From positions 3,524 to 67,523 of the forward strand of contig JAZOLI010000092.1 in assembly GCA_045652965.1 (NCBI GenBank): a stretch of DNA of 64,000 nucleotides, read 5' to 3'. Numbering within the stretch: position 1 is the stretch's first letter; each line of letters begins with the position of its first letter. Shown piece after piece: positions 47,189 to 56,354 of the stretch. Both the position numbers and the translations under genes were made by a program. This stretch comes from Candidatus Scatosoma sp. (GTDB taxonomy: Bacteria > Bacillota > Clostridia > Christensenellales > Borkfalkiaceae). Under the pieces are notes generated by a model, which searched no databases, was not told the origin of the DNA, and worked only from the letters and a program-made list of their open reading frames with translations.

Positions 47189-48547
47189 TTATAACGCGCC
47201 TAAAATGGACACGGCGAACATGCAATAGATGGTCAAGGATAACACGTCGACGAGCGTCGTGATGAAGGGGGACGCCACCACGGCAGGGTCGAGCCGCATT
47301 TTTTTAGCGAGCAAGGGCAAAATCGCACCGATAAGCTTGGCAAACAAGATGGTGACGAACATGGAAAGGGAAATAACCAAAGCTACCATTGCGCCGTTTT
47401 GGACGGCATACAGACGATCGATAAACAGTGTTTTTAAAAAACACGCCGCCGCCAAAATTGCGCCGAGCAAAACGGAAACGCGGATCTCTTTCCAAACCAC
47501 TTTCCAAAGATCGGAAAATTTCACTTCGTTTAAGGCGATCCCGCGGATAATCATTGCGCTTGCTTGCGAGCCTGCGTTCCCGCCCGTGCCCATAAGCATG
47601 GGCATACACGCCGTGAGCACGATGCCATAAACGGGCATGTTCAGCGTGCTTTCGTTTGCCGAAATGATCAAGCCTGAAAAGGTGGACGATACGAGCAAAA
47701 TCAAAAGCCAAGGCAAACGGTTCAAGCAAATGCGCCATACGTTGGTTTTTAAATAGGGTTTATCCGTCGGCATGACGGCTGCCATTTTCGAAATGTCTTC
47801 CGTGTTCTCCTCACGCAAAACGGTCATGGCGTCGTCTACCGTTACGATACCAACCAGCCGCGATTCTTTATCAACGATGGGGAGTGCTAAAAAGCCGTAA
47901 TCGGAAATTTTGCGCGCGACCTGTTCTTTGTCGTCTTCCGTTTGTGCGAAGATCACGTTTTCGTTCATGATCTCGCCAAGCGTTGCTTGCTTTTGCGCCA
48001 GCAACAAATCTTTTGCCGTCACCAAACCTAAGAGCTTGTTCGTTTCGTCCGTCACGTAGCAAGTGTAAATGGTTTCCTTATCGATTGCCGTTTTGCGTAT
48101 GCGTTCAAACGCCTGCTCTACCGTCATTGATTTTCTAAGCGCAACGAACTCGATCGTCATGATGCTGCCTGCGCTATCTTTCGGATATTGCAAAATTTGA
48201 TTGATATATTCGCGCGTTTGTGCATCGCTTTGTGCGAGTACGCGTTTGACTACGCTTGCGGGCATTTCTTCGATCAAATCGACGGTGTCGTCCAAAAAGA
48301 GCTCGTCCATAACCGCTCGAAGCTCTTTATCGTTGAGCTTGCAAAGCAGGCGTTCTTTGATGTCACCATCCATTTCCACAAACGTTTCCGCCGCTAAATC
48401 TTTGGGCAGGATACGGAAAAGCACCGGGACGTCCGTTTCGTTTTCAATTTCTTCAAAAATACGTGCCAAATCGGTTGCGTTCATGGTGGCAACCATCGGC
48501 TTTAAAGCGGAAAATTTCCGCTCGGATAAAAGCTGTAAAATTTCCAT
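47189..48547 (-). CDS. mgtE: Magnesium transporter MgtE
   Basis: MgtE N-domain, tandem CBS region, and a 5-TM C-terminal domain with GTGGNAGSQA. Confidence 0.9.
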   Translation of the reverse strand: MEILQLLSERKFSALKPMVATMNATDLARIFEEIENETDVPVLFRILPKDLAAETFVEMDGDIKERLLCKLNDKELRAVMDELFLDDTVDLIEEMPASVVKRVLAQSDAQTREYINQILQYPKDSAGSIMTIEFVALRKSMTVEQAFERIRKTAIDKETIYTCYVTDETNKLLGLVTAKDLLLAQKQATLGEIMNENVIFAQTEDDKEQVARKISDYGFLALPIVDKESRLVGIVTVDDAMTVLREENTEDISKMAAVMPTDKPYLKTNVWRICLNRLPWLLILLVSSTFSGLIISANESTLNMPVYGIVLTACMPMLMGTGGNAGSQASAMIIRGIALNEVKFSDLWKVVWKEIRVSVLLGAILAAACFLKTLFIDRLYAVQNGAMVALVISLSMFVTILFAKLIGAILPLLAKKMRLDPAVVASPFITTLVDVLSLTIYCMFAVSILGAL

Positions 48548-48682
48548 TTCTACTCTACCTTCCTAAAATTTTTTTTTGTTTTAAGATGGCGTAGAACGCT
48601 TTTTCGTTAAAAGTACGCAAAAAAAGAAGGCTTTTTCGCGTAAAAACGAGTTAGCGGCACTACGCTTGTGCTACTATGACTA

Positions 48683-51040
48683 TCACTCATAATCGTCGCC
48701 TCCTTTTTTCTTTCGTAAAAATAGATAATCGGTTAAAATGCAAATGGCGGCAAAGCCAAGCAAGAGATAGGCAAGGCGGAACACTGAATCGTCGTCGCTT
48801 GCCTTACCCACTTCGATCGTTTCGCTTGTTTGGGGGAGCCCGTTAAAATCGGTGACGAACGCTTGGGGGATATACCCCGTTTTGATCTCTCCGTTTTTGC
48901 TTTCGTAAGATACGTGGAAATAAGCGTGGTCAAGCTCTTTAATTTCGCCAAGAACTGTCACTTGTGCGCCGCGAGCAAGCTCGCCCGATTTTAAAAGTTC
49001 GGTTAAATAGGGGAATTTATAAAGGGTGATCGCGCTCGTGATATAGCCCGTTTTTTGTTCTTCCGTGCCATATTCCGTGCGGTAAGCATCCGCTTCCATT
49101 GGCTCGCAAGAAGAAATTAAGGCGAGATAGGTGCGATACGTTCCTGCGGTTTTGTCATATTCGGCGAGAAGATAATATCTCTCCGTTTCGCCAATTTTGA
49201 GCGCCGTTCTTTCCCCGTTTGCTCGCTCAAAGCGCACGTAAGGAAAATGCTCCGCGCCGCTAAGCGTTTGCAAATCAAATTCGACAAGCAAGGCGTTTTC
49301 CGTCGTTTTTACCACGGAAAATTCCGCGCTTGCGTTTTCAAAAATTCTTTCGTCTGTGCCCTGCACTTTTATCGTTTTTACCGTGGGAAGCGAAAGGGCG
49401 GTCGATTGAATAAGATAATTGCCTTCGCATAAGATATACGTTTCATTTTCTTCCACGCCGAATGCAAAGGAAGTTAAAATCGGCGTTGCGTTTGGATCGT
49501 TATAATAAACGAGCGTGTCGTCGAAATTAAAGATCGCGCCGTCTTCGCGATAGAGCGCATCGTTTGCAAGCGCGTAGATCGTGCCGTTATAATCCACGCC
49601 AAGCTTCGTCGTTGCGGTGGGCAGGTTTTCACAAACTTTTTCCCCTGCTTCGATAGAAGAAGTGAACGCCGATTCCGTGAAAACGAACACATCGCTTCCA
49701 GAAAGGATATATAAATTGCCGTAAACGTCCGCCGTTAAAGCCTTTGGATAGCGTGTGGACGTTTTTTTCGTTTCCATTGCCACCCATGCGCCCGTTTCTT
49801 CGCTTGTTTGCAAGGTGTAGGCATAGTTGTTTTCGCTGATTAGATAATAGGTGCCATATACGCTTGCCGTGCCCACAATTTTGCCGTTGAAAGTGGAAAA
49901 TTGCCCGATTGGCTCGCCGTAGGTTTCCTTGTCAAGGCTATACAAAACCGCCTTTTCTTCGTTTGCAAGCAAGAGCGTTTTCTCGTTTGCGCTTACAAAC
50001 AAGGGGGGCAGGGTTGCGCTGATTGCTTTTTCAAACGTTTTCGTTTTGCGGTTATACACCGACACGCGCGCGTTTCCGTTGTCCGCGATAAAAAGTTTAT
50101 CGCCAAACAAGCAGGTATCCGTTGCCCCACTCAAACGGTGTGGGGAATCGGATGAAGCACTAATTTCAAAATTAGTGAAATTGTTCGTTTCCGTCGAATA
50201 TTGCAAAATGGTTGCATCGCTTGATGCAATCGTGTAAAAATATTTTCCGAAAGCACTCACGGCGGAAAATTCTTCCGCTTCCGATTTGAAGAGCATAGCG
50301 CTATCGCTTATTTGCGAGAGCGGATAGGCTACAAATTCTCCTGCCGCGTTCGTGCAAGCAAGAACGCCGTCGTTAATTGCGATATGGTTGATTTGCTTGG
50401 AAAAAATTGCGAAAGTTGCTTTACTCGGATCGGGCTCGGTTTGCGATTTCGGGTCGATCTTCATTAGATAATTGTCGGCGCGGACAAAATATAATTCCCC
50501 GTTCCAAAAAGACAAAGTGGAAACGTTGTTCCATTTTAAAGCGACGGGGGAAAGAGCTTCGCTTGCAAGCGAAAGAGTGTAAAGATCTTCTTGCGCGTTC
50601 GTAAAATATAAATCGTTTCCGTGGACCGTGAACGTGCCGCAGGCAAGGTCGATTTTCTTTTCCGCGCCCGTTTCTACGTTTAAGGCATAGAAATTGGTGC
50701 TAACCGAGCTATCTAAAAAATACAACGTGCCGTATTCGTCGAATTGGAGTTTGGTGACGGTGCTCTCGGGTGCGTTCTCTTCGCCGTGTTCAAATTTTTT
50801 ATATTCGCCGTCTTGACGATCGTAAACGTAAATGGCGTTTCCGTCGGCAATCGCCGTGTAGTTTTCAATAACCGCTACGTCCGTTGGAGAAGTTAAAGGC
50901 AAATATTCTTCGTAAGTTTGCGGGGCAATCAAGCGCTCCGTTTTTTCGCTCGCTTGCGCTTCAACCGATTGCGCCGCGAACGGCATCACCGTCGCGGTTG
51001 CTAAAAAAATGGAGAACATTGCAAGCATTTTTTTCTTCAT
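48683..51040 (-). CDS. Secreted repeat-rich (beta-propeller-like) protein with an SH3-like module and a C-terminal TM anchor (785 aa)
   Basis: Signal peptide MKKKMLAMFSIFLATATVMPFAAQSVEA and repeated Y/F-rich beta-strand segments. Near the C-terminus it reads ARGAQVTVLGEIKELDHAYFHVSYESKNGEIKTGYIPQAFV. It ends with a TM helix LAYLLLGFAAICILTDYLFL and the tail RKKKGGDDYE. Confidence 0.6.
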   Translation of the reverse strand: MKKKMLAMFSIFLATATVMPFAAQSVEAQASEKTERLIAPQTYEEYLPLTSPTDVAVIENYTAIADGNAIYVYDRQDGEYKKFEHGEENAPESTVTKLQFDEYGTLYFLDSSVSTNFYALNVETGAEKKIDLACGTFTVHGNDLYFTNAQEDLYTLSLASEALSPVALKWNNVSTLSFWNGELYFVRADNYLMKIDPKSQTEPDPSKATFAIFSKQINHIAINDGVLACTNAAGEFVAYPLSQISDSAMLFKSEAEEFSAVSAFGKYFYTIASSDATILQYSTETNNFTNFEISASSDSPHRLSGATDTCLFGDKLFIADNGNARVSVYNRKTKTFEKAISATLPPLFVSANEKTLLLANEEKAVLYSLDKETYGEPIGQFSTFNGKIVGTASVYGTYYLISENNYAYTLQTSEETGAWVAMETKKTSTRYPKALTADVYGNLYILSGSDVFVFTESAFTSSIEAGEKVCENLPTATTKLGVDYNGTIYALANDALYREDGAIFNFDDTLVYYNDPNATPILTSFAFGVEENETYILCEGNYLIQSTALSLPTVKTIKVQGTDERIFENASAEFSVVKTTENALLVEFDLQTLSGAEHFPYVRFERANGERTALKIGETERYYLLAEYDKTAGTYRTYLALISSCEPMEADAYRTEYGTEEQKTGYITSAITLYKFPYLTELLKSGELARGAQVTVLGEIKELDHAYFHVSYESKNGEIKTGYIPQAFVTDFNGLPQTSETIEVGKASDDDSVFRLAYLLLGFAAICILTDYLFLRKKKGGDDYE

Positions 51041-51048
51041 ACACTTTC

Positions 51049-51077
51049 ATTATACCACTTTTAAGAAAAAAAAGCAA
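51049..51077 (-). promoter_or_regulatory. Promoter of the 785-aa gene; the ATG lies 8 nt after the -10 (near-leaderless)
   Basis: On the minus strand: TTGCTT, 17-nt spacer, TGg-TATAAT, then gaaagtgt and ATG (51040). Confidence 0.55.
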
Positions 51078-51323
51078 GAGTTCGACAATATTTTTTATTT
51101 CTATCAGCATATTTGGAAATTTTTACCAAACAGGCACTATGTTGTCATATTTAACGATATATACTATCATCAAAAGCGAACAAATGTTCGGATTTTGCTC
51201 AAAAAGTTGAAATGGGGTGGGTTGCGAGTTTGTCAATCTATGCCATAATGCGGGAGCAAACGGCAAGGAAGATTGCTTCGCTTTGCTCGCAATGAAAGAA
51301 AGAATAAAGAACGAAGTGAGGTG

Positions 51324-51851
51324 ATGAAAGTGAAAAATTACGTCAAAGCGGTGTTGTATGGTTATCCGCTGTTGGAAACGGTGAGTGAAGATTATCAGGC
51401 GCATATTCAAAACAAGGCGGCGCTTTCCGTGAGAACGGATAAATCGGCGTTTGAGCTTGCCGTGGAGCTTGCCGGCGAAGTTTGCAAAAAAAAGAACTTT
51501 GAATGGCTGAAAGGGTGTGTCGAAACGGCTTTGGACATGCTTTCTGACGTGGAGAAAACTTTGATTGCCGCAAGATATTTTGGGAAGCGGAGAAAAATGA
51601 AAAAGGCGTTGCCTTTGGACGAGCCGTTGCCGAAAACGGAGATTGCCGCTTGGAGCGAAAGCAAATATTTTCGATTTCAAAACAGGCTTTCAAAAAAAGT
51701 GGAAGCGATTTTGCTTCGGCTTGGGTTGAGTGAAAAACTCTTTGAAGAGAAATTTGCCCAAACGGAAATTTTTGAAAAAATTTACCGCTTTGTTTGCGAA
51801 GGCAAAGATCAAAAAATTTCGCAAAGGGCAGAGCGGTGGCTCAGAGAGTGA
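51324..51851 (+). CDS. Small hypothetical protein, possibly a sigma-70 region-4 / ArpU-RinA-like transcription factor
   Basis: The N-terminal NYVKAVLYGYPLLE and the central LSDVEKTLIAARYFGKRRK resemble the pattern of small phage late-gene activators. This is pattern level only. Confidence 0.35.
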   Translation: MKVKNYVKAVLYGYPLLETVSEDYQAHIQNKAALSVRTDKSAFELAVELAGEVCKKKNFEWLKGCVETALDMLSDVEKTLIAARYFGKRRKMKKALPLDEPLPKTEIAAWSESKYFRFQNRLSKKVEAILLRLGLSEKLFEEKFAQTEIFEKIYRFVCEGKDQKISQRAERWLRE

Positions 51852-51923
51852 GAGTGAAATAGATAAAAGATAATAGAGAATAGAGAATAGAAGTGGAAAG
51901 TTTTTTAAAATAAGAAAAAAAAT

Positions 51924-52631
51924 TTATTCTTCGTTGTCGTAGGGCGAGCGTTTGGGTGGGCGTAAAATGAGCGCCGCAAGCACGGGCACGAGCAAGCAAA
52001 GCGCTATCAAAATGGCAATTTGCATGGGCGTTGATTGCTCTTCCTTGGGAGGCTCTTCCATTTTGTCTTGCTCGGCGTTTGCTTCTTGCCATTCGGCGTA
52101 TTCGGAATTTACATCATAGGTTAAATCGGCGGGCTTTGGAATGTAGCCGAACGAGCCGTCGCGAAGAATATACGAATACGTTTCAGAGCCGATGCGATAA
52201 TCGCCATAATAGGCGCAAGTGACGGTGATTTGATCGAGAAAACCTGAGCTTGGAACGTTCGCGCCGCCGATCGTATAATGCACGTCGATTAAACGATAGA
52301 GATAGGGGCGTTTGGGAACGTAGGGCACGGGGGTGAGATCACTCGTTTTTGCATAGCCGATCAATTTTTGAACGTATGTGTCGTCGTAGAGATATTCCAC
52401 TTTGCAAAATTCGCTGTCGGCTTCGAGAATTTTAACGTAGTAGGTTTTAGGCAACAGGAAAACGCCGCGCTTTTCATCGCGAGAAGAATAGAAAAACGCT
52501 TCGTCGGTTAGCACGCAGGCATACGATTCCGCCACGAGCACATCCGCTGAAACGGCAAGGGCGGTTGGTGTGAAAAAAGGGGATAAGAAAAATAAAAGCG
52601 GCATAAACGCCGATAAAATAAACTTTTTCAT
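51924..52631 (-). CDS. Secreted SH3-like protein with a C-terminal TM anchor (235 aa)
   Basis: Signal peptide MKKFILSAFMPLLFFLSPFFTPTALA. YYVKILEADSEFCKVEYLYDDTYVQKLIGYAKTSDL follows an SH3b-like pattern. It has a C-terminal TM helix IAILIALCLLVPVLAALIL and the tail RPPKRSPYDNEE. The ORF-track start 52985 is an antisense read-through into the terminase gene. Confidence 0.6.
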   Translation of the reverse strand: MKKFILSAFMPLLFFLSPFFTPTALAVSADVLVAESYACVLTDEAFFYSSRDEKRGVFLLPKTYYVKILEADSEFCKVEYLYDDTYVQKLIGYAKTSDLTPVPYVPKRPYLYRLIDVHYTIGGANVPSSGFLDQITVTCAYYGDYRIGSETYSYILRDGSFGYIPKPADLTYDVNSEYAEWQEANAEQDKMEEPPKEEQSTPMQIAILIALCLLVPVLAALILRPPKRSPYDNEE

Positions 52632-52685
52632 AGCTTTGATTATATCTGGTTTTTGGCGGTTGATTTTGCCGTTTGCAAGGGGATT

Positions 52686-54104
52686 ATGAGAGATATTGTA
52701 GAAAAAATTTTTCAAATTGAAAAGGAGATGGAACGGCGAAAGCAAAACGATTTTCTCGCCGCTTATAATACGGGGGATAAAATACATAAAAAGCAGGTTG
52801 CCTTTCATCAATGCAAAAAACGCAACCGCTGGGTGTTCGGGGGAAACCGCTCGGGAAAAACGGAATGTGGGGCGGCGGAATGCGCGTATATCGCAAGGGG
52901 GATTCATCCTTATAGGGAAAATCGAAAGGATGCTTGCGGGTGGGTGGTTTCCCTTTCTACCCAAGTGCAACGGGACGTGGCGCAAAAGAAAATTTTACAT
53001 TATCTTCGGCGCGATTGGATCGATGGCATCGTGATGCTATCGGGTAGAAAAGACAGCCCAGAAGACGGTGTGATTGATTTTATTCGCGTGAAAAACGTGT
53101 TTGGCGGCATTTCCGTGATCGGCTTTAAAAGTTGTGATCAGGGCAGAGAGAAATTTCAGGGCACGTCCCTTGATTTCGTTTGGTTCGATGAAGAGCCGCC
53201 CAAAGATATCTATGAAGAATGTCGCATGCGCGTGATTGATAAAAAGGGCGACGTGTTCGGAACAATGACGCCCCTCAAAGGCTTGACTTTCGTCTATCAC
53301 GAAATTTATCTTAACCGCAAAAATGACCCTGAAGTGTGGTATGAGTTCATGGAATGGGCGGACAACCCCTATCTGGACGAAGGGGAAATTGCGCTCATTG
53401 AAGCGTGTTTGGATGAAACTACTTTGCAAACTCGGCGATTTGGACGGTTTGCGAGCGGAGAAGGGCTCGTTTATCCTGAATTTGACGAGCGCGTGCACGT
53501 GATCGAGCCTTTTTCCGTGCCTAAGGAATGGCAGGACGTCGTGTCCATCGACCCCGGGCTTAACAATCCCTTGTCGGCGCATTGGTACGCCGTCGATTTC
53601 GACGACAACGTGTACGTGATTGCTGAGCATTTTGAAGCAGGAAAGGACGTCGATTATCACGCGCAAAAAATTAAGGAAATTTCCGCGCGGCTGGGTTGGA
53701 AAACGGATGGCTATGGCAGGGTGCGCGCTTTGATTGATAGCGCGGCAAAGCAAAGAACGCTTGCGAGTGTGAAAAGCGTTGCCGAACTTTTTTACGAGCG
53801 TGGTATTTTGGTTAATCCCGACGTGGATAAGGATATGTTTTCGGGGATTGCTAGGGTGAAAAGCTATTTAAACACCAAAAACGGGCTTCCCAATTTATAT
53901 ATTTTTAAAAATTGCACCGAGCTTATCAAGGAGCTCAAAGGGTACTATTGGGGAAGTGGCGATTTGCCCAAAAAGATGGACGATCACGCTTTGGACGAGA
54001 TGCGATATTATTTGATGACACGACCGAAAAAATCGCCTTGCAGGGTGGAAAAGACGGTGATTCAAAAGGATAAGGAACGCATGATTAAACGATTAAAACG
54101 ATAA
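52686..54104 (+). CDS. Phage terminase large subunit
   Basis: Walker A FGGNRSGKTE, Walker B LDFVWFDEEPP, and C-terminal nuclease-type DDHALDEMRYY. The start is ATG 52686, with TTG 52653 as an alternative. Confidence 0.85.
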   Translation: MRDIVEKIFQIEKEMERRKQNDFLAAYNTGDKIHKKQVAFHQCKKRNRWVFGGNRSGKTECGAAECAYIARGIHPYRENRKDACGWVVSLSTQVQRDVAQKKILHYLRRDWIDGIVMLSGRKDSPEDGVIDFIRVKNVFGGISVIGFKSCDQGREKFQGTSLDFVWFDEEPPKDIYEECRMRVIDKKGDVFGTMTPLKGLTFVYHEIYLNRKNDPEVWYEFMEWADNPYLDEGEIALIEACLDETTLQTRRFGRFASGEGLVYPEFDERVHVIEPFSVPKEWQDVVSIDPGLNNPLSAHWYAVDFDDNVYVIAEHFEAGKDVDYHAQKIKEISARLGWKTDGYGRVRALIDSAAKQRTLASVKSVAELFYERGILVNPDVDKDMFSGIARVKSYLNTKNGLPNLYIFKNCTELIKELKGYYWGSGDLPKKMDDHALDEMRYYLMTRPKKSPCRVEKTVIQKDKERMIKRLKR

Positions 54105-54119
54105 AAAAGGGGGTGTGTT

Positions 54120-54488
54120 ATGAAAGACAAAATTTCGGATGCGCTTTTAAAGGTCGCGCTCGGTTTTCAGGTGTCGGAAGTGACGGAAGAATATGCCGAA
54201 GTGGACGGGGCGCTGAAACTTACGAAGCGGAAACGAACGAAAAAGGACGTGCCGCCTGATCTTAAAGCCGTGCAAATGTTGCTTGGCGAGAGTGGGCAAG
54301 CGCTTGAAAACATGAGCGACGAAGAATTGGAAGAAGAGAAAAAACGGTTGCTTGCCGCACTTGAAAAAGCGGAAAAATCAAAAAAAGATGCAGGGCAGGT
54401 AAGAGAAGAAACGGTAAAAACGGTGAAAGCGGTGAGAAAACCACGCGCAAAACCGAGAAAAAGAGTGATTAGAAAAAAGGAGGATTAG
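54120..54488 (+). CDS. Small Lys/Glu-rich phage protein (possible DNA-binding / small-terminase-like)
   Basis: 122 aa with RBS GGGGGTG upstream. RKRTKKDVPPDLKAVQMLLGE loosely resembles small-terminase C-terminal segments. The tail is highly basic: RKPRAKPRKRVIRKK. Confidence 0.35.
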   Translation: MKDKISDALLKVALGFQVSEVTEEYAEVDGALKLTKRKRTKKDVPPDLKAVQMLLGESGQALENMSDEELEEEKKRLLAALEKAEKSKKDAGQVREETVKTVKAVRKPRAKPRKRVIRKKED

Positions 54489-54491
54489 TAA

Positions 54492-56354
54492 ATGAACGAA
54501 ACGGAAATTTCCCAAAAGGAAAAACAAGAGCGGAAGCTCGCGGAAGAAATCACCGCGGACTTTGAAAGGCGGCGCGAAGAACGCCGAAGTGTGGAGAGCG
54601 GGTGGCTTTTGAACTTGCACTTTTATAGCGGCGATCAATATTGCGACGTGTCGCCCTTTGGTGGACTCGCCGAAGAGGACAAGCGCTTTTATTGGCAATC
54701 AAGGCGTGTGTTTAACCATATCGCGCCTATGGTGGAAGCAAGACTTGCCAAGCTTGAACGTTTAAAACCCAAGCTTCGCGTGCGCGCTTTCTCCGACGAG
54801 GACGGCGATTTGAAAGCGGCAAAACTCGCAACCGGCGTGCTTCGCTACGCCCAAGAACGCGCTGATTTTGACGAAGTTGTTTCACGTGTGACGGCGTGGG
54901 CGGAAATTTGCGGGAGTGGGTTTTATAAAATCGTTTGGGATGAGAACGACGGTAGACAGGTGGCGGAAACGGAAAGCGGCGAGCCTATTTATGAAGGGGA
55001 TGCGAAAATTAGCGCGGTGTCGGCGTTTGAAATTTATCCCGATAGGCTGAACGCGGAAGATATCTCCGATTTGCAAAGCCTTATTCACGCGAAAATTGTT
55101 TCCGCGGACGATATTTACGAGCGATTTGGCGTGGAAGTGCAAGCCTCGGCGCTTTCTGAATTGACAGTGAACGCCTACGCTACTCCTTCGGCAGGGAAAT
55201 TGCCTTTGGACGTCACGGGGTATACGTCTTTGCCTTGTGAAAACGGCGTCATCTTGATTGAACGCTATACAAAACCGAACTCCGTTTATCCCAACGGTAG
55301 GGTGGAGATCGTGGCAGGCGGGAAATTGCTGTTCGTGGGGGATTTGCCCTATGAAAACGGGGAACGAAAGGAACGCATCTTTCCCTTTGTTAAACAAGAT
55401 TGTATGCGTTTGCCTGCTTCCTTCTTCGGGTCGAGCATCGTCGATCGCTTGATCCCCGTGCAAAGGGCGTATAACGCCGTGAGAAACCGTAAACACGAGT
55501 TTTTAAACAGGCTTTCCATGGGCGTTTTGACGGTGGAGGACGGCTCGGTGGATACGGACGAGCTTGCGGAAGAAGGGCTGTTGCCTGGGAAAGTGCTTGT
55601 CTATCGTCAAGGCGGAAAAGCGCCTGAAATGCTCGATTGCGGAAGCGTGCCTGCGGAATTTGCCGCGGAAGAACAATGGCTTGAAAAGGAATTTTCGTTG
55701 ATTAGCGGCGTTTCAGATCTTTTACAAAGTTCTACGCCTGCTCGCGTGACGAGTGCAACTGGTTTGCAACTTTTGCTCGCGCAGGACGAATCTCGATTAT
55801 CGGCTACCGTTTCCGCAATGGAGCGCGCAGTAAAGGACGTAGGACGGCAAATTTTACGATTATATCGCCAGTTTGCAGGGAGCGCTAGGCTTATCACCTT
55901 TACGGGGGAAAATAAGAGAACGCAAATCCATTATTTTAACGCGAGCGAGCTCGCCGTGAGCGACGTGCAATTTGAAGCGCAGGATTCGACGAGCCCCGAA
56001 GAGAAGAGAGAAACTATTTTGAAGCTTTACGAAGCAGGAATTTTGACGGATGGCGATGGGAAACTTTCGGTGGAAAATAAAAACCGAGTTTTGGACGCGT
56101 TTGGCTTTGGTAGCTTTGAAAATGCGAGGGATATTTCCGCGCTTCATATCGCAAAAGCAGGAGAAGAGAATTTGGATTTGAAAGGGGAAAAGGTGGAAGT
56201 GGACGTTTACGATGAGCACGATTTACATATCACCGAACATACGAGATTTTTATTATCGGCAGAGTTTAAGCGGTGCAAGAACAAGGAAGAAGTGAAAGAG
56301 CACTTTATCGCGCATATCGATGCGCATAAAGCGGCAATGAAAAAGGAGGTTTAA
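54492..56354 (+). CDS. Phage portal protein
   Basis: 620 aa located directly after the terminase gene. NLHFYSGDQY lies near the N-terminus and DVYDEHDLHITEHTRFL near the C-terminus. RBS AAGGAGGA lies upstream. Confidence 0.75.
   Translation: MNETEISQKEKQERKLAEEITADFERRREERRSVESGWLLNLHFYSGDQYCDVSPFGGLAEEDKRFYWQSRRVFNHIAPMVEARLAKLERLKPKLRVRAFSDEDGDLKAAKLATGVLRYAQERADFDEVVSRVTAWAEICGSGFYKIVWDENDGRQVAETESGEPIYEGDAKISAVSAFEIYPDRLNAEDISDLQSLIHAKIVSADDIYERFGVEVQASALSELTVNAYATPSAGKLPLDVTGYTSLPCENGVILIERYTKPNSVYPNGRVEIVAGGKLLFVGDLPYENGERKERIFPFVKQDCMRLPASFFGSSIVDRLIPVQRAYNAVRNRKHEFLNRLSMGVLTVEDGSVDTDELAEEGLLPGKVLVYRQGGKAPEMLDCGSVPAEFAAEEQWLEKEFSLISGVSDLLQSSTPARVTSATGLQLLLAQDESRLSATVSAMERAVKDVGRQILRLYRQFAGSARLITFTGENKRTQIHYFNASELAVSDVQFEAQDSTSPEEKRETILKLYEAGILTDGDGKLSVENKNRVLDAFGFGSFENARDISALHIAKAGEENLDLKGEKVEVDVYDEHDLHITEHTRFLLSAEFKRCKNKEEVKEHFIAHIDAHKAAMKKEV

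Noticed and set aside
48548-48682. Looked for an M-box (Mg2+) riboswitch upstream of mgtE.
   Set aside because: The intergenic region is only 135 nt, and I could not trace the conserved M-box helices. mgtE may be co-transcribed with, or read through from, the upstream gene.
51872-51892. Short tandem 7-mer (aatagag x3) and gagagt x2, between the convergent genes at 51852-51923.
   Set aside because: This is a very short microsatellite-like sequence in an AT-rich spacer, with no associated structure or ORF. It is most likely slippage noise.
51041-52685. Looked by eye for direct repeats (att sites) shared between the left flank (51041-52685) and right flank (60801-61394) of the capsid cluster.
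   Set aside because: I noticed no repeat of 12 nt or more. This is a weak negative that needs a computational repeat search, so no claim is made either way.
53037-53753. 238-aa and 261-aa antisense ORFs inside the terminase (53037-53753) and capsid (57111-57896) genes, plus 54882-55496 inside the portal gene.
   Set aside because: Same reasoning as above. The sense-strand proteins carry the recognisable terminase and portal motifs and have proper RBSs. The antisense products look like compositional artefacts.
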